Assembly (NCBI GenBank): GCA_963805975.1
Contig: CAWDVR010000002.1
Span: forward strand, 384,001-448,000
Reading direction: 5' to 3'
Origin: an uncultured Acidobacteriota bacterium
GTDB taxonomy: Bacteria; Acidobacteriota; Thermoanaerobaculia; Multivoradales; SZUA-115
Length of the DNA: 64,000 nt
A program made the translations under genes and the position numbers. Shown here one piece after another: positions 26,343-36,468 of this stretch; the first letter of the stretch is position 1; every line of letters starts with the position of its first letter. Below the pieces are notes generated by a model that was given only the letters and a program-made list of their open reading frames with translations, ran no database searches and was not told where the DNA came from.

Positions 26343-28928
26343 ATGAGCCCAGCCACCGGAGCGATCATCCTGCGTCTGCTCCTGGCGCTCCCGGCAGCCA
26401 GCGTCGGGGCCGAGGACGACGGCCTCCTCGGTTGCGAGGCTCTGCTCCGGCAAGCGCCGGATGCGGAGGCCGGGCCGAAGTGCCTCTTCGAGCTGGCGGT
26501 GAGCCAGGAGCCGGGCTCGCGGTCCGCAGCCCAACGTCTTTCGGATCTGCAGCGGCGGCAGCCGGAGAACCCGTGGCCTAGCCTCTATCTCGGCCGCTGG
26601 CGTTGGAACCAGCGCTCGCCCGACGTCGAAAGGATCTTCCGCCAGGCAGCCGAGGCCGCCGCGCGCCGGCACGAGGCACGGGTAGAAGTTCCGGCGCGGG
26701 AGGGGCTCGTCCGCCTGCTCCGCGGCCAGGGCCGCGTCGCCGAGGCAGGCCGCGAGCGGGCGCTCGCCCGGGCTGCAGCTCAGCGGAGCGGCGACCCCGC
26801 GCTCCTCGCCCGCGCTGCGATGCTCGACGCGCAGGAGTCCCTCGACGCCGGGAGGGACCTCGAGCGGGCCTGGCAGTCCTTGGTGCGCCTGGACGATAGG
26901 GCCCTCACCGAGCCGGCCGCCTGGCGCGAGTGCCAGCGCCTCCGGGCGCACCTCGCCTACCAGACCGGGAGGTACGACGAGGGTCGGAAGGTGCTCCGCG
27001 AGCTCGCGGAGCAGGCGGCGGCCGAGGGCAACAGCGGCTGGGCCGCGGCCGCGCTCCTCTTGAAAGCGAACTTCTTCCTCGACGAGCAGCGGGAGCTGCC
27101 GACGGCGGGCGGCCGGGAGGAGCTCCTGTCCCAGGCCAGGGAGGCGGCTGCGGCCGCGGCGCTGGCCCAGCGGCCCGAGACCGAGGCCGGGGCCCTCTGG
27201 CTGGCCGGGTCGGCGGCAGGCGGTGAGGCGGGCCGGCCCTCTCTCGAGCGCTGCCTGGAGCTGACCCGCACGGACTCGTTGAGGAGCTCCTGCGCTTCCG
27301 CCCTGGCGCTGGCGCTGGCCGAATCCGATCCCGCCCGAGCCACGGCCGAGCTCGACGAGGCAATGGCTCGGGCAGCGCGCTCGGGTCAGGTGTTGCCGCG
27401 GATCAGCGCCTGGCTGGCGCGCATGCACGTCTCCTGGGCCATCTCCCCCCGCGAGCGAGCGCTCGCCGACTCGCGAGCCGCCCTGGACGAGATCGAGGCC
27501 CTGCGCGACCGGCAGGCGGGCACCGCGAGCCAGCCGGGCCTCTTCTCCACCTGGACCGAGGACTACTACTGGCTCTCCGGCCACCTGCTCGAAGGAGAGC
27601 ATCCCGAGGCGCTGGAGCAGGGCTTCGCGGTCCTCGAGCGCATGCGCTCCCGCACCCTGATGGACGCGCTCGGGCTCGCCCGCTCCGGAGCGGACACCGA
27701 CTTCGTTTCGCTCGCAGAGCTCCGCCGGGAGCTCGCTTCCGACGAAGCTCTGCTCTCGTTCCAGGTGGCACCCTGGCGGGACTGGACCGGCGATTTCGGC
27801 GGTGGCACTTGGCTCGTCGCGTCTACGCAGGAGGGGACTCGACGCTACCGCCTGACGGGAGATCGTACGTGGCTGCGGCCGGCAGCCAGCACCTTCGCGG
27901 GTCTGGTCGCGAAGCGCGACGGCGCGGAGGCCGGCGCCGCCGGCGTCCTCTATCAGAAGCTCCTCGCTGGAGCCCTGGCCGATCTGCCGCCCGGTGTCGA
28001 GCGGCTGACGCTGATCCCGGACGACGCTCTCCACCGGCTGCCGTTTGCCGCACTCTCCAACGAGGGCCAGCCGCTCGCCGCCCGCTACCGGCTGACTCTG
28101 GTGCCCTCCGCCACCCTCTGGTTGCGGCTGCGCCGGGCGCCGGAACGGCCGGCCGCCGTTCGCGCCCTGGCGCTGGCGGACCCTGCTCTCGTCATGGAAA
28201 GCTCTCAACCCGGCGAGTCGCGCCCGTTGCCGGAGCTGCCCTTCGCCCGCCGGGAAGCCAGATCGGTGGTTCGGCTGCTGGGCGGCGGCAGCGTGCTCGG
28301 GCTCGATGAGGAGGCTTCCGAGGCCCTGGTGAAGGCGGCGCCCGCCGGCCGCTACGGCCTGCTCCACTTCGCCACCCACGCGGTGGTCGACGCCGTGGAG
28401 CCCGAGCGCTCGTACGTGCTGCTCGCTCCCGGCGGCCCCGCCGAGGACGGGCGGCTCACGGTGCGGGAGATCGTCGATCTCGACCTCGCGGGCCGCGTGG
28501 TGGTCCTCTCTTCGTGCTCGACCGCCGCCGGCGCCGTGCTCCGGGGCGAAGGCGTGATGAGCCTCGCCCGCGCCTTCTTCCAGGCCGGCGCCACGACCGT
28601 TGTGGCGACCCTCTGGCCGCTGCGCGACGACGACGGCGCCGCCCTCTTCGAGCGCTTCTACGCCCACCTGGCGCGCGGCGAGACCGTGGCCGGCGCCCTC
28701 CAGGCGGCGCAGCGCGACCGCATCGCGGACGGCGCCCCGGCCGAGGCCTGGGCCGGCGCCGTGGTGCTGGGCCACGGCGACGTCGTGCCGCTTCCGGGCG
28801 GGCGGCCCTGGTGGGTGCGTCACGGCCGCGGGCTGCTGCTCGGCCTCGCCGGTCTGCTCGCGCTCCTGGGGCTGGTGGCTACAGCGCGAAGTGCCAGCCG
28901 AGGGCCCGCGACAGCTCGGCCAGGATGA
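26343..28928 (+). CDS. TPR-like + CHAT (caspase-like) domain protein with N-terminal signal-like peptide and C-terminal TM helix
   Basis: LIPDDALHRLPFAAL, LPFARREA, LLHFATHA (His), VVLSSCST (Cys), GVMSLARAFFQAGA, VATLWPLRDD; hydrophobic N- and C-termini. Confidence 0.9.
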   Translation: MSPATGAIILRLLLALPAASVGAEDDGLLGCEALLRQAPDAEAGPKCLFELAVSQEPGSRSAAQRLSDLQRRQPENPWPSLYLGRWRWNQRSPDVERIFRQAAEAAARRHEARVEVPAREGLVRLLRGQGRVAEAGRERALARAAAQRSGDPALLARAAMLDAQESLDAGRDLERAWQSLVRLDDRALTEPAAWRECQRLRAHLAYQTGRYDEGRKVLRELAEQAAAEGNSGWAAAALLLKANFFLDEQRELPTAGGREELLSQAREAAAAAALAQRPETEAGALWLAGSAAGGEAGRPSLERCLELTRTDSLRSSCASALALALAESDPARATAELDEAMARAARSGQVLPRISAWLARMHVSWAISPRERALADSRAALDEIEALRDRQAGTASQPGLFSTWTEDYYWLSGHLLEGEHPEALEQGFAVLERMRSRTLMDALGLARSGADTDFVSLAELRRELASDEALLSFQVAPWRDWTGDFGGGTWLVASTQEGTRRYRLTGDRTWLRPAASTFAGLVAKRDGAEAGAAGVLYQKLLAGALADLPPGVERLTLIPDDALHRLPFAALSNEGQPLAARYRLTLVPSATLWLRLRRAPERPAAVRALALADPALVMESSQPGESRPLPELPFARREARSVVRLLGGGSVLGLDEEASEALVKAAPAGRYGLLHFATHAVVDAVEPERSYVLLAPGGPAEDGRLTVREIVDLDLAGRVVVLSSCSTAAGAVLRGEGVMSLARAFFQAGATTVVATLWPLRDDDGAALFERFYAHLARGETVAGALQAAQRDRIADGAPAEAWAGAVVLGHGDVVPLPGGRPWWVRHGRGLLLGLAGLLALLGLVATARSASRGPATARPG

Positions 28929-29829
28929 GATGGCCGCGGACGCTGCCGCCCTTGGCGTTGACCCGCGGCGAGGAGACGGCAAGGCCGGCGCGGCCGGTGG
29001 CCACGGCCACGATCACCCCGGACACCCCGCTCTTGGCCGGCAGGCCGGTCGCCAGGAGATGCGAGCCGGATTCGTCGTACATGCCGCAGGTGGCCATCAG
29101 GGACACGACACAGCTCGCCGTTCGCGGGGAGAGCAGCGCCTCGCCCGTGCCCGGCGCGACGCCGCCGGTGGCGAGCACCGCCGCCAGGCGCGAGGCGGCG
29201 CCAGCCCCGGCCTCGAACGAACAGAGGGAGAAATAGGTCTCGAGCGTCTCCGGCACCTCGGAGAGCAGGCTGCCCAGGCTCTTCAAGTACCAGGCGATGG
29301 CGCGGTTGCGGTCGCCGGTGCGCCGTTCCGAGTCGAGCACCCGCTGGTTGATCGCCAGCCGCTCGCCGTAGAGCCGCTCCATCCACCGCCCAAGCCAGGC
29401 GAGCTTGGCTTCGAGGTCGCCGGGGACCAGCGAGGAGAGAGCGATGGCGCCGGCGTTGACCAGCGGGTTCGCCGGCTGCGGGCCGTGGGTCTCGAGGCGC
29501 GCGATCGAGGAGAACGAGGCCCCGGAGGGCTCGGCGCCGACGCGGGAGAACACGCGCTCCTCGCCCTGCTCTTCGAGCAGGCCGGCCAAGAGCACCAGCT
29601 TGGCCGAGCTCTGGAGGGTGAACCGGTGGCGCGCCGCATCGCCGGCCTCGATCCGGGTGCCGTCCGCGAGCGTGACGGCGGCGCTCGTCTGCTCCAGGTC
29701 GATGTTGGCGAGCTCCGGGATGTAGGCCGCGGGTGCCCCGGAAGCGTCTCGGCGCGCTCCTTCCACCGCCGCCTCGAGAACGGCGGCGACGCGGGCGGGG
29801 TCGGGCGGATGCGATGAGAGCTGGCTCAA
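28879..29829 (-). CDS. glsA: Glutaminase A
   Basis: AYIPEL, FTLQSSAK (SxxK), NPLVNAGAI, TCGMYDESG, PAKSGVSG; TTG start overlapping the upstream stop. Confidence 0.92.
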   Translation of the reverse strand: MSQLSSHPPDPARVAAVLEAAVEGARRDASGAPAAYIPELANIDLEQTSAAVTLADGTRIEAGDAARHRFTLQSSAKLVLLAGLLEEQGEERVFSRVGAEPSGASFSSIARLETHGPQPANPLVNAGAIALSSLVPGDLEAKLAWLGRWMERLYGERLAINQRVLDSERRTGDRNRAIAWYLKSLGSLLSEVPETLETYFSLCSFEAGAGAASRLAAVLATGGVAPGTGEALLSPRTASCVVSLMATCGMYDESGSHLLATGLPAKSGVSGVIVAVATGRAGLAVSSPRVNAKGGSVRGHLILAELSRALGWHFAL

Positions 29830-31049
29830 ATCACTTTCCACCAGGGCGCAGCGAGCACCCCGTCTGCGATCCACTCGATCTCCTCTCCGGTGTGGAGGAG
29901 CAGGCCCGCGCGAGCTCCTTGCTCCCGGAGAAAGAGGGCCAGCGACTTGGCCTGCTGGATCGACGGCCGGGGCGTGGACTTGATCTCCACGGGCAGGATC
30001 TCGCCCTTCCACTCGACGACCAGGTCCACCTCGTCGCCCGTCGCGGTGCGCCAATGGTAGACCTCGGGCCGGCGGACCTCGCTCGACTGCCAGGCCAGCA
30101 GGTCGGCGAGAATCAAATTCTCGAGATGCTCACCTCGAGGCTGGCTCTCTCCCGAGAGAAAGAGTGCCAGACCGGTGTCCACCCAATAGATCTTCGGCGC
30201 CTTGATCAGCCGCTTGGTTCGGTTGGCGAAGTAGGCCGGTACGCGAACGAGCTGATAGGAGGTTTCGAGCAGCGACAGGTGGCGCCCCACGGTCGGTTGG
30301 GTGATGCCGAGATCGCGGGCCATCTCCGTCTGGTTGGCGAACGTCCCCAGCCGCAGGCAGGCAGCCCGCATGAGCTGCCGGAACTCGACCAGGGAGGTCA
30401 CTGAGGAGAGGTCTCTCAAGTCGCGCTCGAGGTAGGTCTGGGTATAACCGGCGAACCACAGCTCGCGCTCTTCGTCCGTTCGCAGGTGATGCGCCGGCAC
30501 GGGATAGCCGCCGCGGACCGCCAGCGCGCGCCAGTCCGCTTTCGCCTCCGGCCGGTTCCGCAGCACCTCCGGCCAGCTCTCCTCCGGAGTGGCGAACAGC
30601 TCCCGCCACGCTCCCGGCCGCGCTGCGCCAGCCAGCTCGCCGCGGGTCATGGGCCCGAGCGTGAGGTAGACGGCCCGGCCGGCCAGGCTGTCGGCGATCC
30701 GCTTCATGAGCAGCAGGTTGGCGGAGCCGGTCAGCAGATAGCGGCCGGCGACGCGCCCGTCGTCCACCGCGCGCTTGACCGCCAGCAGGAGATCTGGCGA
30801 GCGCTGGACCTCGTCGAAGGTCAGACGGCCCCCGCTCCGCACCAGCGCGTCGGGCTCACGCCGCGCACGCTCCAGAACCTCGAGGTCGTCCAGGCTGTAG
30901 TAAGTCCGATCGCCGTCCTCTACGAGCCGGCGAGCCAGCGTGCTCTTGCCGGTCTGGCGCGCGCCCGTGACCACGACCACAGGAAAGGAAGCCAGGGCGC
31001 GTTCTACGGCTGGTTCCAGCAAACGGGCGACAGGGTGGGGCTCAGCCAT
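29826..31049 (-). CDS. AAA ATPase with DUF4143 domain (COG1373-like)
   Basis: GARQTGKSTL, FDEVQR, LLTGSA, GGYP, YLERDLRD, KAPKIYWVDTGL, EVDLVVE..PVEIK. Confidence 0.92.
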   Translation of the reverse strand: MAEPHPVARLLEPAVERALASFPVVVVTGARQTGKSTLARRLVEDGDRTYYSLDDLEVLERARREPDALVRSGGRLTFDEVQRSPDLLLAVKRAVDDGRVAGRYLLTGSANLLLMKRIADSLAGRAVYLTLGPMTRGELAGAARPGAWRELFATPEESWPEVLRNRPEAKADWRALAVRGGYPVPAHHLRTDEERELWFAGYTQTYLERDLRDLSSVTSLVEFRQLMRAACLRLGTFANQTEMARDLGITQPTVGRHLSLLETSYQLVRVPAYFANRTKRLIKAPKIYWVDTGLALFLSGESQPRGEHLENLILADLLAWQSSEVRRPEVYHWRTATGDEVDLVVEWKGEILPVEIKSTPRPSIQQAKSLALFLREQGARAGLLLHTGEEIEWIADGVLAAPWWKVI

Positions 31050-31065
31050 TCGGATAGCTCGCTCT

Positions 31066-31118
31066 CGATGCATTCCATGCATCGGATGCATGATTATCAT
31101 GCGTGACGCGCATGATTT
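31066..31118. promoter_or_regulatory. Cluster of ATGCAT/GCATGAT palindromes in the divergent intergenic region
   Basis: CGATGCAT-TCC-ATGCATCG (31066-31084), GCATGAT-T-ATCATGC (31088-31102), then another GCATGAT half-site. Confidence 0.5.
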
Positions 31119-31168
31119 GCAAACAGGGCGGGCGCAGGTACACAGCGGGAGAAACATAAGATCCCCTC

Positions 31169-32098
31169 ATGTCCCCCGTCTCCGCCGCGCGTCTGTCGCT
31201 CCTCGTGGGCATCGCGGTGCTGGGGCTCAAGTGGCTGGCCTGGTGGCTCACCGGGTCGGTAGCGCTCTATTCCGATGCCCTCGAGTCGGTGGTCAACGTG
31301 GTGGCCGCCGGCGTGGCGCTCGCCGCTGTCACCGTCGCGCGCCGGCCGGCCGATGCCACGCACGCCTTCGGCCACACCAAGGCGGAGTACTTCTCGGCGG
31401 TGCTCGAGGGCGTGCTGATCGTGCTGGCGGCGCTCGCCATCGGCCGCGAGGCCTGGCACGGCCTCGCCGACCCGCGGCCGGTCGCGGGACTGGACCGTGG
31501 CCTCGCCGTGTCGCTCGCCGCCTCGGTGGCGAACGGCGCCCTGGCCTGGTACCTGGTGCGGCTCGGCAGGCGGCAGCACTCCCCGGCCCTGCGGGCGGAC
31601 GGCATCCATCTGGCCACCGACGTGGTGACCTCGGTGGGCGTCGTGGCCGGCATCGGTCTCGCCGCCGCCACCGGCTACTGGGTGCTCGACCCGCTGCTGG
31701 CGCTGGTGGTGGCGCTCAATATTCTCTGGGCCGCGTGGAGGCTGATGCAGGAGTCCCTCTCGGGCCTGATGGACGCAGCCCTGCCGCCGGCCGAGCTCGC
31801 TCGCCTCACCAGCCTGCTCGGCCAGGCACCGCCCGGCGTGCTCGAGGTCCACGACGTGAAGACCCGGCGTGCAGGCCACGCCACCTTCGTGCAGTTCCAC
31901 CTGGTGGTCGCCGGCACGATGGCGGTGGACGAGGCCCACCGGATCTGCGATCGCCTCGAAAGCGAGGTCCACCAGCTCGTTCCCGGCGCGCAGGTGGTGA
32001 TCCACGTCGAGCCCGAGTCGGAGGCCCATGGCGTGGGTCCGGGCGACGGCACCCACCACGCGGGGTTTCGGCTCGGCACCGACACGCGGCCGGGATGA
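31169..32098 (+). CDS. Cation diffusion facilitator family transporter (FieF-like)
   Basis: GSVALYSDALES, PADATHAFGHTKAEY, ADGIHLATD, HDVKTR, IHVEP. Confidence 0.92.
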   Translation: MSPVSAARLSLLVGIAVLGLKWLAWWLTGSVALYSDALESVVNVVAAGVALAAVTVARRPADATHAFGHTKAEYFSAVLEGVLIVLAALAIGREAWHGLADPRPVAGLDRGLAVSLAASVANGALAWYLVRLGRRQHSPALRADGIHLATDVVTSVGVVAGIGLAAATGYWVLDPLLALVVALNILWAAWRLMQESLSGLMDAALPPAELARLTSLLGQAPPGVLEVHDVKTRRAGHATFVQFHLVVAGTMAVDEAHRICDRLESEVHQLVPGAQVVIHVEPESEAHGVGPGDGTHHAGFRLGTDTRPG

Positions 32099-33106
32099 GA
32101 CGCTCGAACGACCGCCCACCCCGCGGGCGCTACGCGCCCACTCCCTCGGGCCTGCTGCACGTGGGCAACGCGCGCACGGCGCTCGCCGCCTGGCTCTCGG
32201 TGCGCAGCCGCGGCGGAGCCTTCGTCTGGCGGCTGGAGGATCTCGACGGGCCGCGCACCGTGCCGGGCGCGGCGGAGGCGGCGACCGAGGACCTCGCCTG
32301 GCTGGGGCTCGACTGGGACGAGGGCGGGGGGCGGGGCGGCCCGTACGCACCCTACGACCAGTCGCTCCGCGGCGAGCACTACGAAGCGGCGCTCGCCAGG
32401 CTCCACGGCGCCGGCCGCCTCTTCCCGTGCAAGCTGTCGCGCGCCGACCTCGCGGATATGGCCAGGGCACCGCATGGGGCCACGGCGCCGCACGGCCGCG
32501 AGGGCCTGCCTCCCTACCCCGCCGCGCTCCGGCCGCGCAGCCTTCCACCGCAGTGGTTCGAGGACCTCCGCGACTCTCCCGCACCCGACGCCGCCCTGCG
32601 CTTCCGCGTCGAGAGCGAGCCCGTCACCTTCGTCGACCGGGTGCTACGGCACCGTGAGCGAACGGGTGGACGAGACCGTGGGCGACTTCGTGCTCAAGCG
32701 CCGCGACGGCCTCTACGCCTACCAGCTCGCCGTGGTGGTGGACGACCTCGCGATGGAGATCGACGAGGTGGTGCGCGGCCGGGACCTGCTCGACTCCACG
32801 GCGCGGCAGATCCAGCTCGCCGCGGCGTTGGGCGGTACGCCACCGGCCTACGCTCACCTGCCGCTGGTAGTCAACAGGGAGGGCGAGAAGCTCTCGAAGC
32901 GCGACCAGGGTCTCACTCTCCGTGAGCTGCGCGCGGCGGGGGTCGCGCCCGAGGTGCTGGCCGGCTACCTCGCGTACACGCTGGGCCTCCTCGACCGTTC
33001 CATACCTCGCGCGCCGCGCGACCTCGTGCCGCTCTTCGCCTGGGAGCGCATCCGCCGCGAGGACTGGCGGCTGCCGGCGGACCTCGGCGCCGAGCTCAGG
33101 CCCTGA
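32095..33106 (+). CDS. gluQ: tRNA glutamyl-Q(34) synthetase GluQRS; apparent +1 frameshift at ~32646
   Basis: GRYAPTPSGLLHVGN and RLEDLD in one frame; GDFVLKRRDG, YQLAVVVDD, VRGRDLL and KLSKR in the next; no anticodon-binding domain. Confidence 0.88.
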
Positions 33107-33117
33107 GGGAGGCTCGG

Positions 33118-33429
33118 CTACTGCGCCGAGGTCGCGCCGGCGAGCACCATCTCCAGGCGCCGGGGCGGGCCCGCGAAGTGTTCCGCGACCACGCCGCCGA
33201 ACGCCCGGTAGTGAGGCGTGCCGCGGTGGTCTTCGAGATGGGCCGCGCTCTCCCAGATCTCGTAGACCACGAAGCGGCCGGGCGCCGAGAGGGAGCGCAG
33301 CATGGTGTACTCCCGGCAGCCCTCCTCGGCGCGGCTCGCCGCCTCCATGGCTCGCAGCTCGGAGAGCACCGCATCCTCGTGGCCCGGCCTGGCCGCGAGC
33401 TCGACGATCAGCAACACGGGACCGCTCAT
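33118..33429 (-). CDS. ABM-domain protein (putative quinol monooxygenase)
   Basis: ARPGHEDAV..SRAEEGCREY..FVVYEIWES..HRGTPHY. Confidence 0.88.
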   Translation of the reverse strand: MSGPVLLIVELAARPGHEDAVLSELRAMEAASRAEEGCREYTMLRSLSAPGRFVVYEIWESAAHLEDHRGTPHYRAFGGVVAEHFAGPPRRLEMVLAGATSAQ

Positions 33430-33460
33430 CGGAACCTCCCTCTCGAATGCTCGTTGGATC

Positions 33461-34267
33461 TCAGGGTTTGCGCGCCACCACGAAGTCCTGGAAGCTGGGC
33501 CGTTCCCGGTCGTCGGGGCTCCCGCACCAGGTGCCGAAGTGGATCGGCTCCTCGATCACGAGCCCCGCCGCTGCCATGAGCTCGCGTACCAGGCTCTCCT
33601 CGAGCCCGATCGCCGCGGCCGGGTTGGCGGCGTTCCGCAGGCGGTGGCGCCCGCGATCGACCGGCAGCTCGTACCCCGGGGCGGGAGCGCCGTGGACGAA
33701 CCGCTCCCCCAGCAATAGGAACGAGGCCACCAAGCGTCCGCCCGGCTTCAGCACGCGGGCCGTCTCGTGGAGATAGCGGGTCGTCTCCTCGACCGCGAGG
33801 TGGGTGAAGACCGAGGTGGCGAAGGCGAGATCGAAGTCGGCGTCCGGGAACGGGAAACGGTAGCCGGCGCCTGGCACGCCGCGGCGGTTGTACTCGGAGT
33901 TGAACACGGCGGCGCGCGTGAAGCGGAAGCGCGGGAAACGGCGGGTGACGTGCCGGCGGCACCAGCGGATGCTGCCGGCGACCACGTCGAAGCCCTCGTA
34001 GGAACCCTGCGCTCCCAGGAGCCCGGTGAGCGGGATCGCCACCCGGCCGATGCCGCAACCGATGTCCAGCACCCGGTGGTGCGGCTCGATCCGGCCGAGC
34101 CGCGCCACCAGCTCGGCCAGGTGGCGGCCGGTGGCGCGGAAGTCCCCGGCGCCGACGAACGACTTGCGCAGCGGCGGCAGCTCCGGCTCCGCCTTGCCGG
34201 CGAGGAAGATCCGCAGATCGACGTAGGCGTGGGAGAGGTAACGCGCGAGGCGGGTGCCGCGCGTCAT
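33461..34267 (-). CDS. Class I SAM-dependent methyltransferase
   Basis: VLDIGCGIGR, YEGFDV, FPFPDADFDLAFATSVFTHL, RVLKPGG. Confidence 0.9.
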   Translation of the reverse strand: MTRGTRLARYLSHAYVDLRIFLAGKAEPELPPLRKSFVGAGDFRATGRHLAELVARLGRIEPHHRVLDIGCGIGRVAIPLTGLLGAQGSYEGFDVVAGSIRWCRRHVTRRFPRFRFTRAAVFNSEYNRRGVPGAGYRFPFPDADFDLAFATSVFTHLAVEETTRYLHETARVLKPGGRLVASFLLLGERFVHGAPAPGYELPVDRGRHRLRNAANPAAAIGLEESLVRELMAAAGLVIEEPIHFGTWCGSPDDRERPSFQDFVVARKP

Positions 34268-34335
34268 CGTCGGGCCAGGAGATGTCCCGCCCACACGAGG
34301 AGCGCCTGTCGCATGACGGGCGGTATTCTAGCCGC

Positions 34336-35696
34336 ATGACCTCGCCGCCCTCCGGCCAGCCCGAGCCGCGCGCCGCTCCCCCTGCCGGCTTCTGGAAGTG
34401 GCTGGCGCTCGCCATGACGCTCGTGGCGCTCGGCACCAGCGCGATCGCCGTCGAGCTCTGGCTGCGAGTTGGATCGCCGGCGCCGGCTGCTCCTCCCGCG
34501 GTGGACGCTCCGCCGGCCGAGCCGCCGCCCCCGCCTCCCGATCGCCTCGACCTGGCGCCGGCCGGCTTCGCCGACCTCCCCGGTTGGCAGGGCGGACGGC
34601 GCGGCGGAGGCCCTGCCGGCCCTGGCGCGCTCCTGCCGCGTGTTCGCGGCCATGTCCCCGGCTCGCCCGGTCGGCCCTGCCGGCCGCGCCGGCACGGCCG
34701 CGGCCTGGCAGGCGGCCTGCCGCGCCGCCGCGACCGTGCCGAGGGGCGACCACGCCGCGGCGCGCCGCTTCTTCGAGGCGCTACTTCGCGCCCTGGGCGG
34801 CGAGCAACCACGAAGCGACGAGCGGCCTCTTCACCGGCTACTACGAGCCCACGCTCCGCGGCAGCCGGCGGCGTGCCGGGCGCTACCAGGTGCCGCTCTA
34901 CCTGCGCCCGCGCGACCTGGTGACGGTGGACCTGGGCCTCTTCCGCGACGACCTCGAGGGCCGGCGCCTCGCCGGGCGGCTCGACGGCGGCGCGCTCCTG
35001 CCCTACCACGACCGCAAGGCGATCGAGCGCGGCGCTCTCGCCGGCCGCGGCCTCGAGGTGGTGTGGGTGGACGACCCGGTGGACGCCTTCTTCCTCCAGA
35101 TCCAGGGCTCCGGGCGGGTGGAGATGGCCGAGGGCGGCGTCCTGCGGCTGGGCTACGCCGGCGGCAACGGGCACCCCTACTTCGCGATCGGCAAGGCGCT
35201 CGTCGAGCGCGGCGCCCTCACGAGCGAGGAGGTCTCCATGCAGTCCATCCGCCGCTGGCTCGCCGGGCATCCCGCGGAGGCGCCGGCCGTGATGGACAGG
35301 AACGCCTCCTACGTGTTCTTCCGCCGGCTCGAAGGCGAGGGGCCGCTCGGCGCGCTCGGCGTGCCGCTCACCCCCGGCCGCTCGCTGGCCGTGGACTCCC
35401 AGTTCCTCCCCCTGGGTGCCCCGGTCTTCCTCGACGCCGCGGCGCCGGCGGCCGACGCCCTGCAACCCGACCGTCCCCTCCAACGCCTGCTCCTGGCCCA
35501 GGACACCGGCGGCGCCATCACCGGCCCCTTGCGCGGCGACGTCTTCTGGGGCCCGGGCCCCGAGGCCGCCGAGATCGCCGGCCGGATGAAGCATCGGGGG
35601 AGGTTGTGGGTGCTGCTGCCGAAGGGCGTGGCGCCTGCAGGTGCGGCTGGCCGCGAGGATGAAACTAGGCCGCGGCCTCCAGCCTCTCGACCCTAG
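34336..35696 (+). CDS. mltA: Membrane-bound lytic murein transglycosylase A; two apparent +1 frameshifts (~34591, ~34778)
   Basis: N-terminal TM; FADLPGW; GLFTGYYEP; FFLQIQGSG; NASYVFF; RSLAVD; AQDTGGAITG..DVFWG..AGRMK (3D domain). Confidence 0.9.
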
Positions 35697-35964
35697 CCCT
35701 CAGCTCAACCAGGGCGCCTTCGAGCCCGTGCAGGCGCCGGTCGAGCTCGGAGTAGGAGAGCCGGATCATCGACCTTGCCTCGCTGAAACCATCGACCACT
35801 TCTCGCCGCAACTCTCGTTCGACACGATCGAGCTTCGCATCCAGACCGCTCAGGCCTTCGGCGAGGAGACGCTGGTTGGACTCGAATCTCTCCGCCGCGA
35901 CGTCGAAGTGGCGACGAGTCTCGGCGAACTGCTCCATCATCTGCTCGACGACGTTGGGCTCCAT
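35665..35964 (-). CDS. Small coiled-coil hypothetical protein
   Basis: ETRRHFDVAAERFES..LLAEGL..MIRLSYSELDRRL..LRARVERLE; 99 aa. Confidence 0.7.
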   Translation of the reverse strand: MEPNVVEQMMEQFAETRRHFDVAAERFESNQRLLAEGLSGLDAKLDRVERELRREVVDGFSEARSMIRLSYSELDRRLHGLEGALVELRARVERLEAAA

Positions 35965-36094
35965 GGCGGCAATCCTGGCAGAACTCTCCACTTCTTGGCT
36001 ACCGCTGCCCGCTACCGGGCGGCGTTTCTGTGGCTGGGCGGGGAGACGGCGAAGCTCGGGTTTCCCAGCCAGGACGGCCCGCCCGGCCTTCCTG

Positions 36095-36468
36095 GTGATC
36101 GACCACATCACCAGTGGCGTCGCGCAGGCGGCCGTCGAGACCCTGCGGCCGAGCCGCTTCGCGGGCGCCGCCTTGCGCCGCCGGCGAGCCGCCGCCACCG
36201 CCGGGCTGCAACTGCCAGCCGCCGCTCAAGTGCTCACCCAACGGCGCCTGCGTTTCCGCCTGCCCCGGACGGCTTCGCGCAACCCTGGGAGAACCAGACC
36301 TGCCACCTCGGTACCTGCGTCGACACGGGAGGCGGCGGAGGCTCGGAGCCGCATCCCTGCGACTCCGATCTCGACGGCTCCGTCACCCTCGAGGAGTGCT
36401 ACGACTTCATGTGCATCGGCTCCGGCGGGTATCACCACGACGCTCAGTGCGCCAGCCTGGCTCAGTAG
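36095..36468 (+). pseudogene. Cys-rich protein fragment across three frames, with an EF-hand-like motif
   Basis: After frame correction: CAAGEPPPPPGCNCQPPLKCSPNGACVSACPDGFAQPWENQTCHLGTC...PCDSDLDGSVTLEECYDFMC...QCASLAQ. No clear start or signal peptide. Confidence 0.5.

Noticed and set aside
31050-31157. His/Met-rich N-terminal extension MIIMHPMHGMH of the ATPase as a metal-binding leader
   Set aside because: It is the translation of the ATGCAT palindromes; the likely start is 31049.
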